From Phycisphaerae bacterium (GTDB lineage Bacteria; Planctomycetota; Phycisphaerae; SM23-33): 64,000 nt of DNA. A model generated the notes under the pieces. That model had not been told where the DNA came from. It did not search any database and was given only the letters and a program-made list of their open reading frames with translations. The DNA lies in the NCBI GenBank assembly GCA_016782885.1, contig JADHXQ010000007.1, positions 2,313 to 66,312 on the forward strand, read 5' to 3'. Shown here piece after piece: positions 51,518 to 60,961 of the stretch (its first letter is position 1; the number at the start of each line of letters is the position of its first letter). The translations under genes were made by a program, and so were the position numbers.

Positions 51518-53743
51518 CTATTTTCGAGACGCCATGTCATAACTCAGCATCGGGACCTGCATGTATCCCATCGCCGCATGCGCCACGTCGATGCGGTATA
51601 TAGGGTCCTGCATCAGGCAGACGCGGCGATCGGACGCCGGAATCGTTGTCGAGTAGATTCGCATTTCACCCGCCACCGAGACGATCAGTTCTTCTCGCCA
51701 GTCGCCCAGAACATCCGCAATCGCAACCAGGCGGCCTGGGAGTTTCCCGAGTCGCGACCCGTTGTACTTCTCGATCCGCCCGCCGCGGATGAGTTCGCGC
51801 TGCGGATCGGCGTCCCAGTACGCGGCCCGCGGAGCAAGCCCGCCAATATCCTTTGTGCCCAGCACTTTTCCCCTGGAGTTGCGAAGCCAGCGTTTGTCTT
51901 TCAGGTCTCGCTCTCCACTGTAACACTCAGCTCCGGGCTGATCGGGGTCAATATCGCTCACCAGACCGGATGAGTGGATGTGAATAGTAGGCTTATCGTG
52001 CCCCCAGAGCAGCCGCCCGGTCGCGGCGTCGACCATGCACATCCCGTTTCGCGCCTGCCTGGTCTCCATACCGTAATATATCTCCAGCCCCCGGCGATTC
52101 GGATCGAGATCGCCCACGTAGCAGTGGTCCGGGTGGCCCAGTCCGGTGGACCACAGGCTCATCCCGTTGTCATCGATTACGGCAGAACCGATAACAACCT
52201 CGTCCCGCCCGTCGCCGTCGACGTCCGCGGCGTGCATCCAGTGGGCGCCCTGGCCCCAGTATTTGCGAGGCTCTTTCCTGTTGCTCCAGGTCCACAACTC
52301 GCGGAGCTTGCCCGCGTGAAACTCATACGCGGTGACGATGATAAGGTTGTACGTACCCCGCTCGACTATCAGGGACGGCGTCTTACCGTCCAGGTACGCC
52401 ACGCCAAGCTGATTTCGCGACGCGTAGTTGTACCCGCGCGAACCGGTGAACAGCTTGCGGGCGGGCCAATCGACCCGCGCGCGGGCCTTGCCCGTCAGGC
52501 CATCGAGAATGGTAAGATATTCCGCCCCGCCGCGAACCTTGCCTTCGGCGTCTCGCGGATCGCCGGCACCGGTCTTCACGGCTATTTCGGCCTTCCCGTC
52601 ACCATCGAAATCCCACACAACGTACGGGGAATACCAGATGCCCCGCTCGATCGCCCAGCCCATATCGTATCGCCACAAAAAATCGCCATTGGCGCGGTAA
52701 GCTTCGAGCTTGCAGGTGTCGGGGCTGCGTTTCCAGTATTTATACCAGGGGTCGATGTTGTCGCGCGGCTGCTTGATAACGAAGTCAAACCGCCCGTCGC
52801 CGTCCAGATCGGCGATACCGGCCTTCTGGAACGTGTAGTCGCCCTTGAGTTTGACGCTGCGGTAGCCCGTCGCTTCGCCCGGACTTGCCTGGGCGGACCT
52901 GCCGGACGCCCCTTCCTTGCCGGCAACGACCGGCCGAACGAAGTACTCGCTGACCTTGCCCGCGGGCGCCGAACTGTCCAGAAAATCGGTCGTCTTGCCG
53001 ACGGGGGCGCTGCTGAGCGGCACGGTCTTGGTCGAGCCTGTGCGACGGTAGACGTTAAAGGCGATATCCTTGGGATCATCAGCAAGCAGGCGCCACGACA
53101 GATAGACCTTATTCGCCCCTGCCGGTAAGACGGTCAAACCGCGATCGAGGCGTTCTGCGACACGAGTTTTGGCGTAACCCTTTATCTTCGGTCGGGGCTT
53201 GACCGCCGCGGGCTTCCACGGTTCGATCGTTACATCGTCCACCCACGCCAGGGTCTTTCCATCGCCGACGAAACGCACGTATATCCGGTCGCACCCGTCG
53301 GGAGTCTCGACCGGAGCTCGAATCAGCGTCCATCCGCCAATCGGACCTTGATCGACTGAACCGATATCCCACGACATCAGCTTGCCCTTGCCCTTTGCGA
53401 CCACCGCCAGAGTAACGTGCCCGGAGGCAACCTTAACCCACGCCGAGGCGCGGAACGTTCGCCCCGGTCTGGCCGCCAGCATCGTCTCGCTGGAAAACGC
53501 CCAGTCACGCGGGCCATCGTGGCGGATACAAACGCTCCGCTTACCTGCATAACGCTCACGATCGGTCCAGAAGGCCGAACCGACTTTCGTTCGCGACCAC
53601 CAACCCCACCCCTCGGCTGCCTCACCCTTGCCCGCCTCGAAATCAGCGTTAACGATCTTCAAACCGCCCTCATCGCCCCGGGCCTCAGCGCCGATCGGTA
53701 ACGCAGACGCCACCAGCAAAATCGCACCAATTAACCTGTTCAT
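51518..53743 (-). CDS. Rhamnogalacturonan lyase PL11-like with N-terminal CBM-like domain
   Basis: ERLDRGL, VYLSWRLL..D..FNVYR, DLDGDG, VWDFDGDGKAE, AYLDGKTPS, GQGAH, DVDGDGRDE, DVLGDWREE, LMQDPIYR. Confidence 0.88.
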   Translation of the reverse strand: MNRLIGAILLVASALPIGAEARGDEGGLKIVNADFEAGKGEAAEGWGWWSRTKVGSAFWTDRERYAGKRSVCIRHDGPRDWAFSSETMLAARPGRTFRASAWVKVASGHVTLAVVAKGKGKLMSWDIGSVDQGPIGGWTLIRAPVETPDGCDRIYVRFVGDGKTLAWVDDVTIEPWKPAAVKPRPKIKGYAKTRVAERLDRGLTVLPAGANKVYLSWRLLADDPKDIAFNVYRRTGSTKTVPLSSAPVGKTTDFLDSSAPAGKVSEYFVRPVVAGKEGASGRSAQASPGEATGYRSVKLKGDYTFQKAGIADLDGDGRFDFVIKQPRDNIDPWYKYWKRSPDTCKLEAYRANGDFLWRYDMGWAIERGIWYSPYVVWDFDGDGKAEIAVKTGAGDPRDAEGKVRGGAEYLTILDGLTGKARARVDWPARKLFTGSRGYNYASRNQLGVAYLDGKTPSLIVERGTYNLIIVTAYEFHAGKLRELWTWSNRKEPRKYWGQGAHWMHAADVDGDGRDEVVIGSAVIDDNGMSLWSTGLGHPDHCYVGDLDPNRRGLEIYYGMETRQARNGMCMVDAATGRLLWGHDKPTIHIHSSGLVSDIDPDQPGAECYSGERDLKDKRWLRNSRGKVLGTKDIGGLAPRAAYWDADPQRELIRGGRIEKYNGSRLGKLPGRLVAIADVLGDWREELIVSVAGEMRIYSTTIPASDRRVCLMQDPIYRIDVAHAAMGYMQVPMLSYDMASRK

Positions 53744-53891
53744 TGCTCTCACTGCTCCATTCCAACCCGGGCGGTTAGCACTCGAGGCCTCCGCATGTTA
53801 CGAGCCGCAACCATTTTCTGCAATGCGATTCTATTCGCAGCTTATTACAATCAGAGCGTAAGACACCCCTTAACATTAAGGAACTAAAACC

Positions 53892-55133
53892 ATGTTTGGA
53901 ATGGGACGAGTGAATACTTTTCTGTGTGCGGCGGCGATATGCATTGCAGTGTGTGCAGCCGAGGCGGCCAAAGTTACTGAAGCCGATAATATCCTGAAAG
54001 AAACGGGCGTTGAGGGCGGGCTGGTTGTCCACTTGAACTGCGGCGACGGCAAGCTGACCGCCGCGCTGCACGCGGGCGACAGCTATCTGGTTCACGGGCT
54101 CGATACGGATGCGGGGAACATCGTCAAAGCGCGCAAGCACATCAGCGGACTCCGGCTGCAGGGCAAGGTATCGGTCGCTCACTTCGGGGGCGGGAGCCTG
54201 CCGTACGCGGATAATCTCGTCCAGTTGGTCGTGGCGGAGGAGATTGGCAAGGTCTCCATGGCTGAGGTCATGCGAGTGTTGTCGCCGCTTGGCGTCGCCT
54301 ACGTGAAGAAGGACGGGAAATGGACGAAAACTCCCAAGCCCTGGCCTGAAGATATCGACGAGTGGACACACCACCTGCACGACGCCGGAGGGAACGCGGT
54401 TGCAAACGATCGCATTGCCGGTCCGCCGCGCCGTCTCCAGTGGACAGCCCGACCCCTCTGGGCGCGAAGCCACGGGTATACGCCCAGCGTCAGCGCGATG
54501 GTCTCAGCGTCGGGGCGGTTGTTTTACATTTGCGACGAAACGCTGACCGGCGCGGGCCCCGATGCGGTCAGCAAGTGGAGCCTGATCGCTCGCGACGCCT
54601 TCAGCGGCGTGTTGCTGTGGAAGCGCCCAATACCCGTATGGGGCTCCGCCGAGTTCAGCGGAACGCCCGATATCGGCGGAGGCGCCGGTTCGGTCGGGCG
54701 CTTCACCATGCCTCCCAATCTGGCCAAGCGCCTGGTGGCAGTCGGCGACAAAGTTTACGTAACGCTGGGCCCGCAGGCGCCCGTGACAGTTCTCCAGGCC
54801 GCAACGGGCAAAACGTATCGCGTTTACAAAGAAACCGCCCGCGCCGATGAGATCCTCTGCACTGGCGGCAAGCTGATCGTATCGGTCAACCCGGCTGTAA
54901 AGATCGAACCACCCGTGCGAACCAAGATCACCGCCCCCGCGCCGGCGCCGGGCAAGCACGTGTGCGCGATCGATCTGAAGACCCAGCGTTTGCTCTGGAA
55001 GAAAGGCCCCTTCGCACCCGTCCGCACCACCAAAGGCCAGGACCCCCTCGGCAGGCTCGAACTGGCCGCCGGCGACGGGCGAGTTCTCGTTCTCACACGG
55101 GAAGCAGTGAAACATCGCACCTTCTTGATCTGA
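53892..55133 (+). pseudogene. Truncated methyltransferase-like/PQQ-propeller protein
   Basis: Colinear with the 60962+ paralog (GGLVVHLxCGDG, IDEWTH, ARDAFxG) but ends at 413 aa mid-propeller, while the paralog exceeds 1013 aa. Confidence 0.72.
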
Positions 55134-55154
55134 ACGGATTTTGCATTTTCCCCC

Positions 55155-55183
55155 TTGCGGAAATCACGATAATCTGTTATAAT
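55155..55183 (+). promoter_or_regulatory. Sigma70 promoter upstream of the PEP-CTERM gene
   Basis: TTGCGG-N17-TATAAT with extended TG. Confidence 0.75.
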
Positions 55184-55452
55184 ATCACCATTACGAAGTC
55201 CGTTCCTGTTTGGAGCGGTTAACCGGATTCGGTCTCGGCCGTATCGTCTCGCCGCAGACGTTGAGCCCGTCGAAGCGAGCTGGACGAGAACATCGAATCA
55301 AAAACGAGGACAGGAGCGCATACTCGCTCCAAAGCACGTTTCTTGCCCGAGGCAACTGAGCCGATACGCATGCAAAGCGATTTTGATGCGCTGAAAACGC
55401 GTCATCGCGCCAAGTACCCGGCCCCAAGAGAGAAACTAAACGGAGTAGAACC

Positions 55453-56211
55453 ATGAGCAAACCGACGTCATTTATCGTCTGCGCACTTGCGGCAGCACTG
55501 CTGCTTCACGGAGTAGCCGAAGCAACTATCATCAGCTCTTTCGCCACAGCGGATGTTTCTGACGATGGCAGCGGCCTGACTGCCTCCGCCAAAGCCACCG
55601 TCACCACCGGACCGGGCTACATAGAGATCCTGCTGCAGAACACGTCCGAAAGACAGGATAACTTCAAGGATTCCGGTCTGTCGGCTAATCCGTTCATCAC
55701 GGAACTGCAGGTCTCTCTGGCTAGCTACACCATCATCGCGGCCGACAGTCACATCCGGTCTGTCGATGGCGCCCTGTTCGCCCAAGGCGCCGGGAATGAA
55801 GCGATTACCCTGGACCCGCGTAACCTGAGCTACAAGGTAATGGTAACCCATTCTCCGGGCATGGACCCCACATTGCTGTTCGGCGAAGCCGACAACAAGA
55901 GAAACGACAACACACTGGCCAGCATCAGCGCCCTCGACGCCAACGGTGTCCCGCAGGAAGGCTACGCAGGCGGTTTCCTGAACCCATCACCCAACAGCGA
56001 CAGCGGTGCGATATTCGATTCGGCCTTGTTCCATTTCGCCCTGGACACGACCGACACGCCGGACGAAAACTCCTGGACAGACGAGAACACACTGGTTGTC
56101 AAGTTCCAGGGCGGCGGCTACAGCCGGCGTGTACACAACCCCGAGCCCGCGACGATGTGCATGCTGGCGGTCGGCGGGCTGACTCTGCTGCGCCGGAGGC
56201 GACGGGCGTAG
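55453..56211 (+). CDS. PEP-CTERM sorting-domain protein
   Basis: GGAG RBS; signal peptide; C-terminal NPEPATMCMLAVGGLTLLRRRRRA. Confidence 0.92.
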   Translation: MSKPTSFIVCALAAALLLHGVAEATIISSFATADVSDDGSGLTASAKATVTTGPGYIEILLQNTSERQDNFKDSGLSANPFITELQVSLASYTIIAADSHIRSVDGALFAQGAGNEAITLDPRNLSYKVMVTHSPGMDPTLLFGEADNKRNDNTLASISALDANGVPQEGYAGGFLNPSPNSDSGAIFDSALFHFALDTTDTPDENSWTDENTLVVKFQGGGYSRRVHNPEPATMCMLAVGGLTLLRRRRRA

Positions 56212-56312
56212 AAGCCGCTGACACCAGACCGGATTGACGATTCCGAGCACCCCGAGCGCTGCCTATGCTTTCACCTCCCGTATGCCGTCAGACTATCCAC
56301 CCAGGCCGGCGA

Positions 56313-56792
56313 TTACCTGGCGGCGGGTTTGGTGGCGGACTTGGCGTCTTTGTCTTTGGCGCGTTTGATCTTGTGGGACCCGTGGCAATCGGTGCAGACC
56401 GGGGGGCTTACCGTGAGCTTCTTCTCGATCCAGCGTTTGATGACCTTCTCCGGCGCGGCGTCGTGGTGCTCGTGACACTTGCGGCAGGAGCCATTGACCT
56501 GGTCTCGCTTGAAATAGATATCCGGTTTGGTCGCGCCGATGTCTTCGTCATTGGCGTGGGCGGCGCTGGTGCCGTGGCAGTCGATGCAGTAGACCTTGTG
56601 CTTCAGGTGAAGACGCGACATCGGTTCCTTGACGTAGGTCATGTGGCAAACGTAGCAGGCGGCATTGGGGCCCAGCGGGTTGTTCTTATCTCCGGCCTTC
56701 ATCGCCGAATTGCAGAGACAGCCCACGACAAACAGCATCAGGCCCACAACGGTTGCACAGCCCAGCAGGACAAGCGAATTGCGAGCGATCAT
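56313..56792 (-). CDS. Small tetraheme c-type cytochrome, probable lipoprotein
   Basis: CYVCH, CIDCH, CRKCH, CTDCH; hydrophobic leader ending VVGC; ATGA overlap with the upstream gene. Confidence 0.85.
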   Translation of the reverse strand: MIARNSLVLLGCATVVGLMLFVVGCLCNSAMKAGDKNNPLGPNAACYVCHMTYVKEPMSRLHLKHKVYCIDCHGTSAAHANDEDIGATKPDIYFKRDQVNGSCRKCHEHHDAAPEKVIKRWIEKKLTVSPPVCTDCHGSHKIKRAKDKDAKSATKPAAR

Positions 56793-57844
56793 ACGGTCTC
56801 CCACTGGTGCAGCCACTTGTACTCGGGCGTGATGTGTGCGTAGTAGTTTTCGGTGCACTCGCGGATGGCGGTCTTGTCGGCCTTGGTCGCCGTCTTGCCC
56901 CGCTCGTAGGAGCCTTTGACGTTCTCTACAAGCTGCTCGGGGATATTCACGCCGGGGATAATTGCTGACAGGCGTTTCTCGGCGAGCATCTCCCTGACCA
57001 GTACGTGCGCCCGCTTGTCAACGCGGCCTTTGATTTCGCGCGGCTTGAGTCCGAACGTCGTTCCCGCGCCGAACGGTTTCAGGCCGATAATGCCGACGTC
57101 CTTTTCCTGTGCGAGTTTCAGCAGGCTGTCGCCGCCGAACTCTTTCGTCAGGAACAGGTACGGGAAGATCACGACCGAAAACTGCGGATACTCGTTCAGC
57201 ACGCGCCGGAAGACTTTCGGATTGTGCGCCGAGATGCCCAGGAAGCGCAGCTTTCCGGATTTGCGGGTCTTCTCGAAAACGTTGGCGACCAGGTCGAGGG
57301 TCTTTGGGGTCACATCGAGCATGGTGGCGATCTTCTTCTGCCCCTTGCCCCAGGTCGCCCCAACCGGGCGCCAGATGTCCAGCATGTCGGTGTTGTACGC
57401 CTTGAGGCGCTTGTCGATCTCGCTGACGAGGAGCTTTTCGGTGAGGTTCTTCTCGTACTCCTCGGTGATCTTGACCGGCCAGCTTGCAAAGCCGATGTAG
57501 AACTTGTCCCGCTTACCGACGGTCGCCTTGGCCATCGCCTGCCCGTACAACGCGACTTCGCTGGCCATGTTGGTGTCGAGGTAGTTCATGCCCAACTCGA
57601 TAGCCTTCTCCAGCACGGGTACGCGGTCTTCGGGCTTCCTGCCACCGTGTCCGCCCAAGCTGACTTCGGAGATCATAAGCTCGGTTTTTCCGAGGCGGCG
57701 ATAGCCCATCTTCGGGTTGTAGTTGAGAATTTTCTGCTTCTTGGCCGGTTCTTTGGCCGAAGCGATCGAAGCGGCCGCACCTACCGCCACAGCCGCCGAG
57801 GTTGCACGAAGGAAGTCACGTCGTGTGGGTTGCGATGGGACCAT
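56789..57844 (-). CDS. Tat-exported aldo/keto reductase-fold protein
   Basis: TRRDFLR; YRRLGKTELMISEVSLGG, GMNYLDT, GKLRFLGISAH, DVGIIGLKPFGAG, IPGVNIPEQLVEN. Confidence 0.85.
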   Translation of the reverse strand: MVPSQPTRRDFLRATSAAVAVGAAASIASAKEPAKKQKILNYNPKMGYRRLGKTELMISEVSLGGHGGRKPEDRVPVLEKAIELGMNYLDTNMASEVALYGQAMAKATVGKRDKFYIGFASWPVKITEEYEKNLTEKLLVSEIDKRLKAYNTDMLDIWRPVGATWGKGQKKIATMLDVTPKTLDLVANVFEKTRKSGKLRFLGISAHNPKVFRRVLNEYPQFSVVIFPYLFLTKEFGGDSLLKLAQEKDVGIIGLKPFGAGTTFGLKPREIKGRVDKRAHVLVREMLAEKRLSAIIPGVNIPEQLVENVKGSYERGKTATKADKTAIRECTENYYAHITPEYKWLHQWETV

Positions 57845-57932
57845 TGCCGAAGCTCCTTGTTGTCGGGTTCATCGAGTTAGTCCGTACATAATTATGATAT
57901 CGGTCGCAGATGCGAATTACCACCCGGGAAGT

Positions 57933-59369
57933 TCATTTTGCGGTGAGCTGGCTTTTCTTCAGCGTCAGCGTGTAAACGGTCTTCTTGTCGATCGTAATGC
58001 AGGCGAACGTCATTTCCGGGTCCGGTTTTGTCAGGTCGAAATTCAGCATCCCGAAGAAGTTGCCCTTGTTGTACGAAAACAACGCCTGTTTCCTGGTCTT
58101 GTGCGTGTGGTTGTTCGTCAGCTTTGACGTTTCGAATTCGTACAGCGTATATCCGTTTGGGCGTTTGATCTGGTAGACGTCGGTCCGGTGGCGGTCGGCC
58201 GAGATGAGTATCACCCCGCCGATCTTCTCTTTGTCGATGAGCGAGAATATCTCCTCGCGCTCCTCCTTGACGCCCCACCATGAGTCCTTTCCGCCCTTGT
58301 CGGCGGTCTCGGTCCAGAGCGTTCCCGACGCGATCACTTTAAAGGTCGCCCGGGAGGCCTTGAGTTTCGCCAGCAGCCACTTCTTCTGGACCGGACCCAG
58401 CATAGTGCCATTCTTCCATGAACGATAATACCGCCCGTCGGTCATGAAGAAGTCGACGTCGCCGATCGAGAAATCATACCAGCACCCGGGCTGCCTGGCG
58501 CCGCCGCCGTAGTACGGATTGACCCAATTCTCGGTGAACACTTTCCAGACGGGCAGCTTCCAGTCGGGCTTGAACGTTTCCGGACCGCCTTCGCAATCGT
58601 TGTCGCCGAAATCGTGATCGTCCCAGATTGAATAGATCGCCGCGCTCGCCGTCATCCGGCGGAACTCGGGCCTCAGTTGCCTGCGGTAATAGTAGAGGCG
58701 CTGCGTATTCCGCTCCATGGGCAAGTCGATGTAGACATTGTCGCCCAGGAACAGGAACGCTATCGGCTTGAACGATGCGATGGTGTCCCAGATGTGTTCG
58801 TATTTCGGATTGTATCTCGCCCCGCCGCCAAAACCGACGGAGAATTTGGCCTTTTGTTTCTTCGAGGGGAACGTGCGGAATACCGGACGCTTGGGACCCA
58901 TGGCTCGCAAGCCGTCGACGACAACGTCGTAATCGTATTCCGTAGCAGGCTGAAGCCCGGTGACTTCAGCGATGGCGGTAAGGTCGGCAGCCTTTGTGGT
59001 CTTGACAATTTTGGACCGGCGACCGGGAGCAGCGTTGCCCGGAAGGGTAACGATAACCTCGATGCTCGCCTCCGCCGGCGTGCGGACCCAGAACTTCGCG
59101 CTGGTGTCGGTGACACATCCAAGCATCGGCCCGCCGAAAAACTTGATCTTGTGTTTTGCGATCTGGGCTTTCAGTTCCGCGTTATCGCAGACCGTCGCGA
59201 GCGACGCGTCGGCGTCGGCGCCCTTGCCCAGCAACTTCGCCAGCACGGGCTCCAACTCGCCGAGCACGGGCATGTCGGCCGGAGTGGGAATCATCGGCTT
59301 GGCAACCACGTACCCGCCGGCTGCGAGGATGGCTGATACCAGAAGCAATATAGTAATACGTTTTGTCAT
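57933..59369 (-). CDS. phoD: Alkaline phosphatase D family protein
   Basis: GPMLG, FLGDNVYID, IWDDHDF, TDGRYYR, MLGPVQKKWL, SADRH. Confidence 0.85.
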   Translation of the reverse strand: MTKRITILLLVSAILAAGGYVVAKPMIPTPADMPVLGELEPVLAKLLGKGADADASLATVCDNAELKAQIAKHKIKFFGGPMLGCVTDTSAKFWVRTPAEASIEVIVTLPGNAAPGRRSKIVKTTKAADLTAIAEVTGLQPATEYDYDVVVDGLRAMGPKRPVFRTFPSKKQKAKFSVGFGGGARYNPKYEHIWDTIASFKPIAFLFLGDNVYIDLPMERNTQRLYYYRRQLRPEFRRMTASAAIYSIWDDHDFGDNDCEGGPETFKPDWKLPVWKVFTENWVNPYYGGGARQPGCWYDFSIGDVDFFMTDGRYYRSWKNGTMLGPVQKKWLLAKLKASRATFKVIASGTLWTETADKGGKDSWWGVKEEREEIFSLIDKEKIGGVILISADRHRTDVYQIKRPNGYTLYEFETSKLTNNHTHKTRKQALFSYNKGNFFGMLNFDLTKPDPEMTFACITIDKKTVYTLTLKKSQLTAK

Positions 59370-59381
59370 ATTCTGTTCCTG

Positions 59382-60839
59382 TCAGGTTTTGTCCAGCCAT
59401 TTGGCCATATCGGGGCGTTTGGGCTGGGGGTCATAGAATCGAGCGTTCCTGCCCGCCACGTTGTAATCGCCGATATCTTCCCTCGCCCACTTGGCCAGTT
59501 TCAACAACCTGGCCACCACTTCGGGGTTCTTGTCGGCGAGGTCCTTCCGCTCGCCGATGTCCGCGTCGAGGTCGAAGAGCATCGGTTTGGGAATATCGAT
59601 AACGTCTTCCGCTTTTATGTGCCGCGCCCAGCGGGGCGTCCACGGCGGCTGGGCCGCGCGGGGCAGGTGCAGCTTCCACTTGCCCGACCGCACGGCCTGG
59701 AGGTGCGTGTGAGCGTAGTAGTAGAACGCCTTTGTCGGGCTCTTGGCGCCAGGCCTGCCGTGCATCAGGGCGGAAATGTCGTGACCGTCTATTACCCGGT
59801 CGCCGGGCGGTTTCGATCCCGCAAGGGCGGCCAGCGTGGGCATCATGTCCAGCGTGCTGGCGATCTCGCCGCAGACCTTTCCCGCGGGAATCCTGCCCGG
59901 CGCGCGCATGATGCACGGCACGCGCAGGCCCCCTTCCCACGTTGAGGTCTTGGCTCCGCGGAGCACCCCGGCGCTTCCGCCGTTTGCCTTTTTGATTACC
60001 CACGGACCGTTATCGCTGAAGAACAGGACGTATGTCTTCTCGTCTAGCGAAAGGGATTTGACGGTATCCAGGATACGGCCTACGTTCCAGTCGATCTCCT
60101 CGATAACGTCACCGTACAGGCCGCGTTTGGATTTGCCCTTGAACTGCTCCGATGCGCCAAGGCGCGTGTGAGGCATGGTGTGAGGCATGTATACCAGGAA
60201 CGGTTTGTCCTTGTTGTCGGTGATGAACCTGATCGCATCGTCGGTGTACCGTTTCGTCAGCGTGTTCATGTCGGCGCGCTTCTCGATGACCTTCTCGTTG
60301 CGGAGAAGGTTCACGACAGAGTCGTTGCTGGTGGGCGTGCCGAAGAAATAATCGAAACCCTGGCGCGTGGGCAGGAGTTTGGGATCGTATCCCACCTGCC
60401 GATGTCCGGCGAGGTCCCACTTGCCAAAGCAGGCGGTGGTGTATCCCGCGGTTTTGAGAACCTCGGCGAGAGTTATCTCTTTGGCGTGCAGGTACGGGTG
60501 AACGTCGACCTGGTTGTTGCGCTTCGCCGCACGCAGCGGATAGCACCCGGTCATAAGCGCCGCCCGCGACGGTCCGCAGACGGTCTGAGCGTAGAAGCTG
60601 GTGAACTTCATGCCCTCTCGCGCCATCTTGTCGAGACGCGGCGTGCGAATCTGTTTCGAGCCGAAACACCCGATATCCTCGTAGCCCTGGTCGTCAGTGA
60701 AGATGATGATAAAGTTCGGTTTCTTTTCCGCGGGCGCCTCGGCGCCGATCGCCCGGGGCAACTGCAATGCAGCGGCCGCCAGAGACGCCGCCTTGAGAAA
60801 ACTGCGTCTTGATACGCTCGTGTCGTGCGTGGGGGGCAT
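59382..60839 (-). CDS. Tat-exported arylsulfatase (S1 family)
   Basis: SRRSFLK; PNFIIIFTDDQGY; CGPSRAALMTG; SDNGPW; WEGGLRVP; AGGAG RBS. Confidence 0.93.
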   Translation of the reverse strand: MPPTHDTSVSRRSFLKAASLAAAALQLPRAIGAEAPAEKKPNFIIIFTDDQGYEDIGCFGSKQIRTPRLDKMAREGMKFTSFYAQTVCGPSRAALMTGCYPLRAAKRNNQVDVHPYLHAKEITLAEVLKTAGYTTACFGKWDLAGHRQVGYDPKLLPTRQGFDYFFGTPTSNDSVVNLLRNEKVIEKRADMNTLTKRYTDDAIRFITDNKDKPFLVYMPHTMPHTRLGASEQFKGKSKRGLYGDVIEEIDWNVGRILDTVKSLSLDEKTYVLFFSDNGPWVIKKANGGSAGVLRGAKTSTWEGGLRVPCIMRAPGRIPAGKVCGEIASTLDMMPTLAALAGSKPPGDRVIDGHDISALMHGRPGAKSPTKAFYYYAHTHLQAVRSGKWKLHLPRAAQPPWTPRWARHIKAEDVIDIPKPMLFDLDADIGERKDLADKNPEVVARLLKLAKWAREDIGDYNVAGRNARFYDPQPKRPDMAKWLDKT

Positions 60840-60961
60840 GGCTTTCTCCTGGGTTTTGAACTTTACACCCGCAGGATACCCCGCCGACACCGCCGGAGCA
60901 ATGTTGGAATTCCGCATGATCGGCGTAGTATAATCGTTACACCCCTTAAGGAAGGTGAGTT

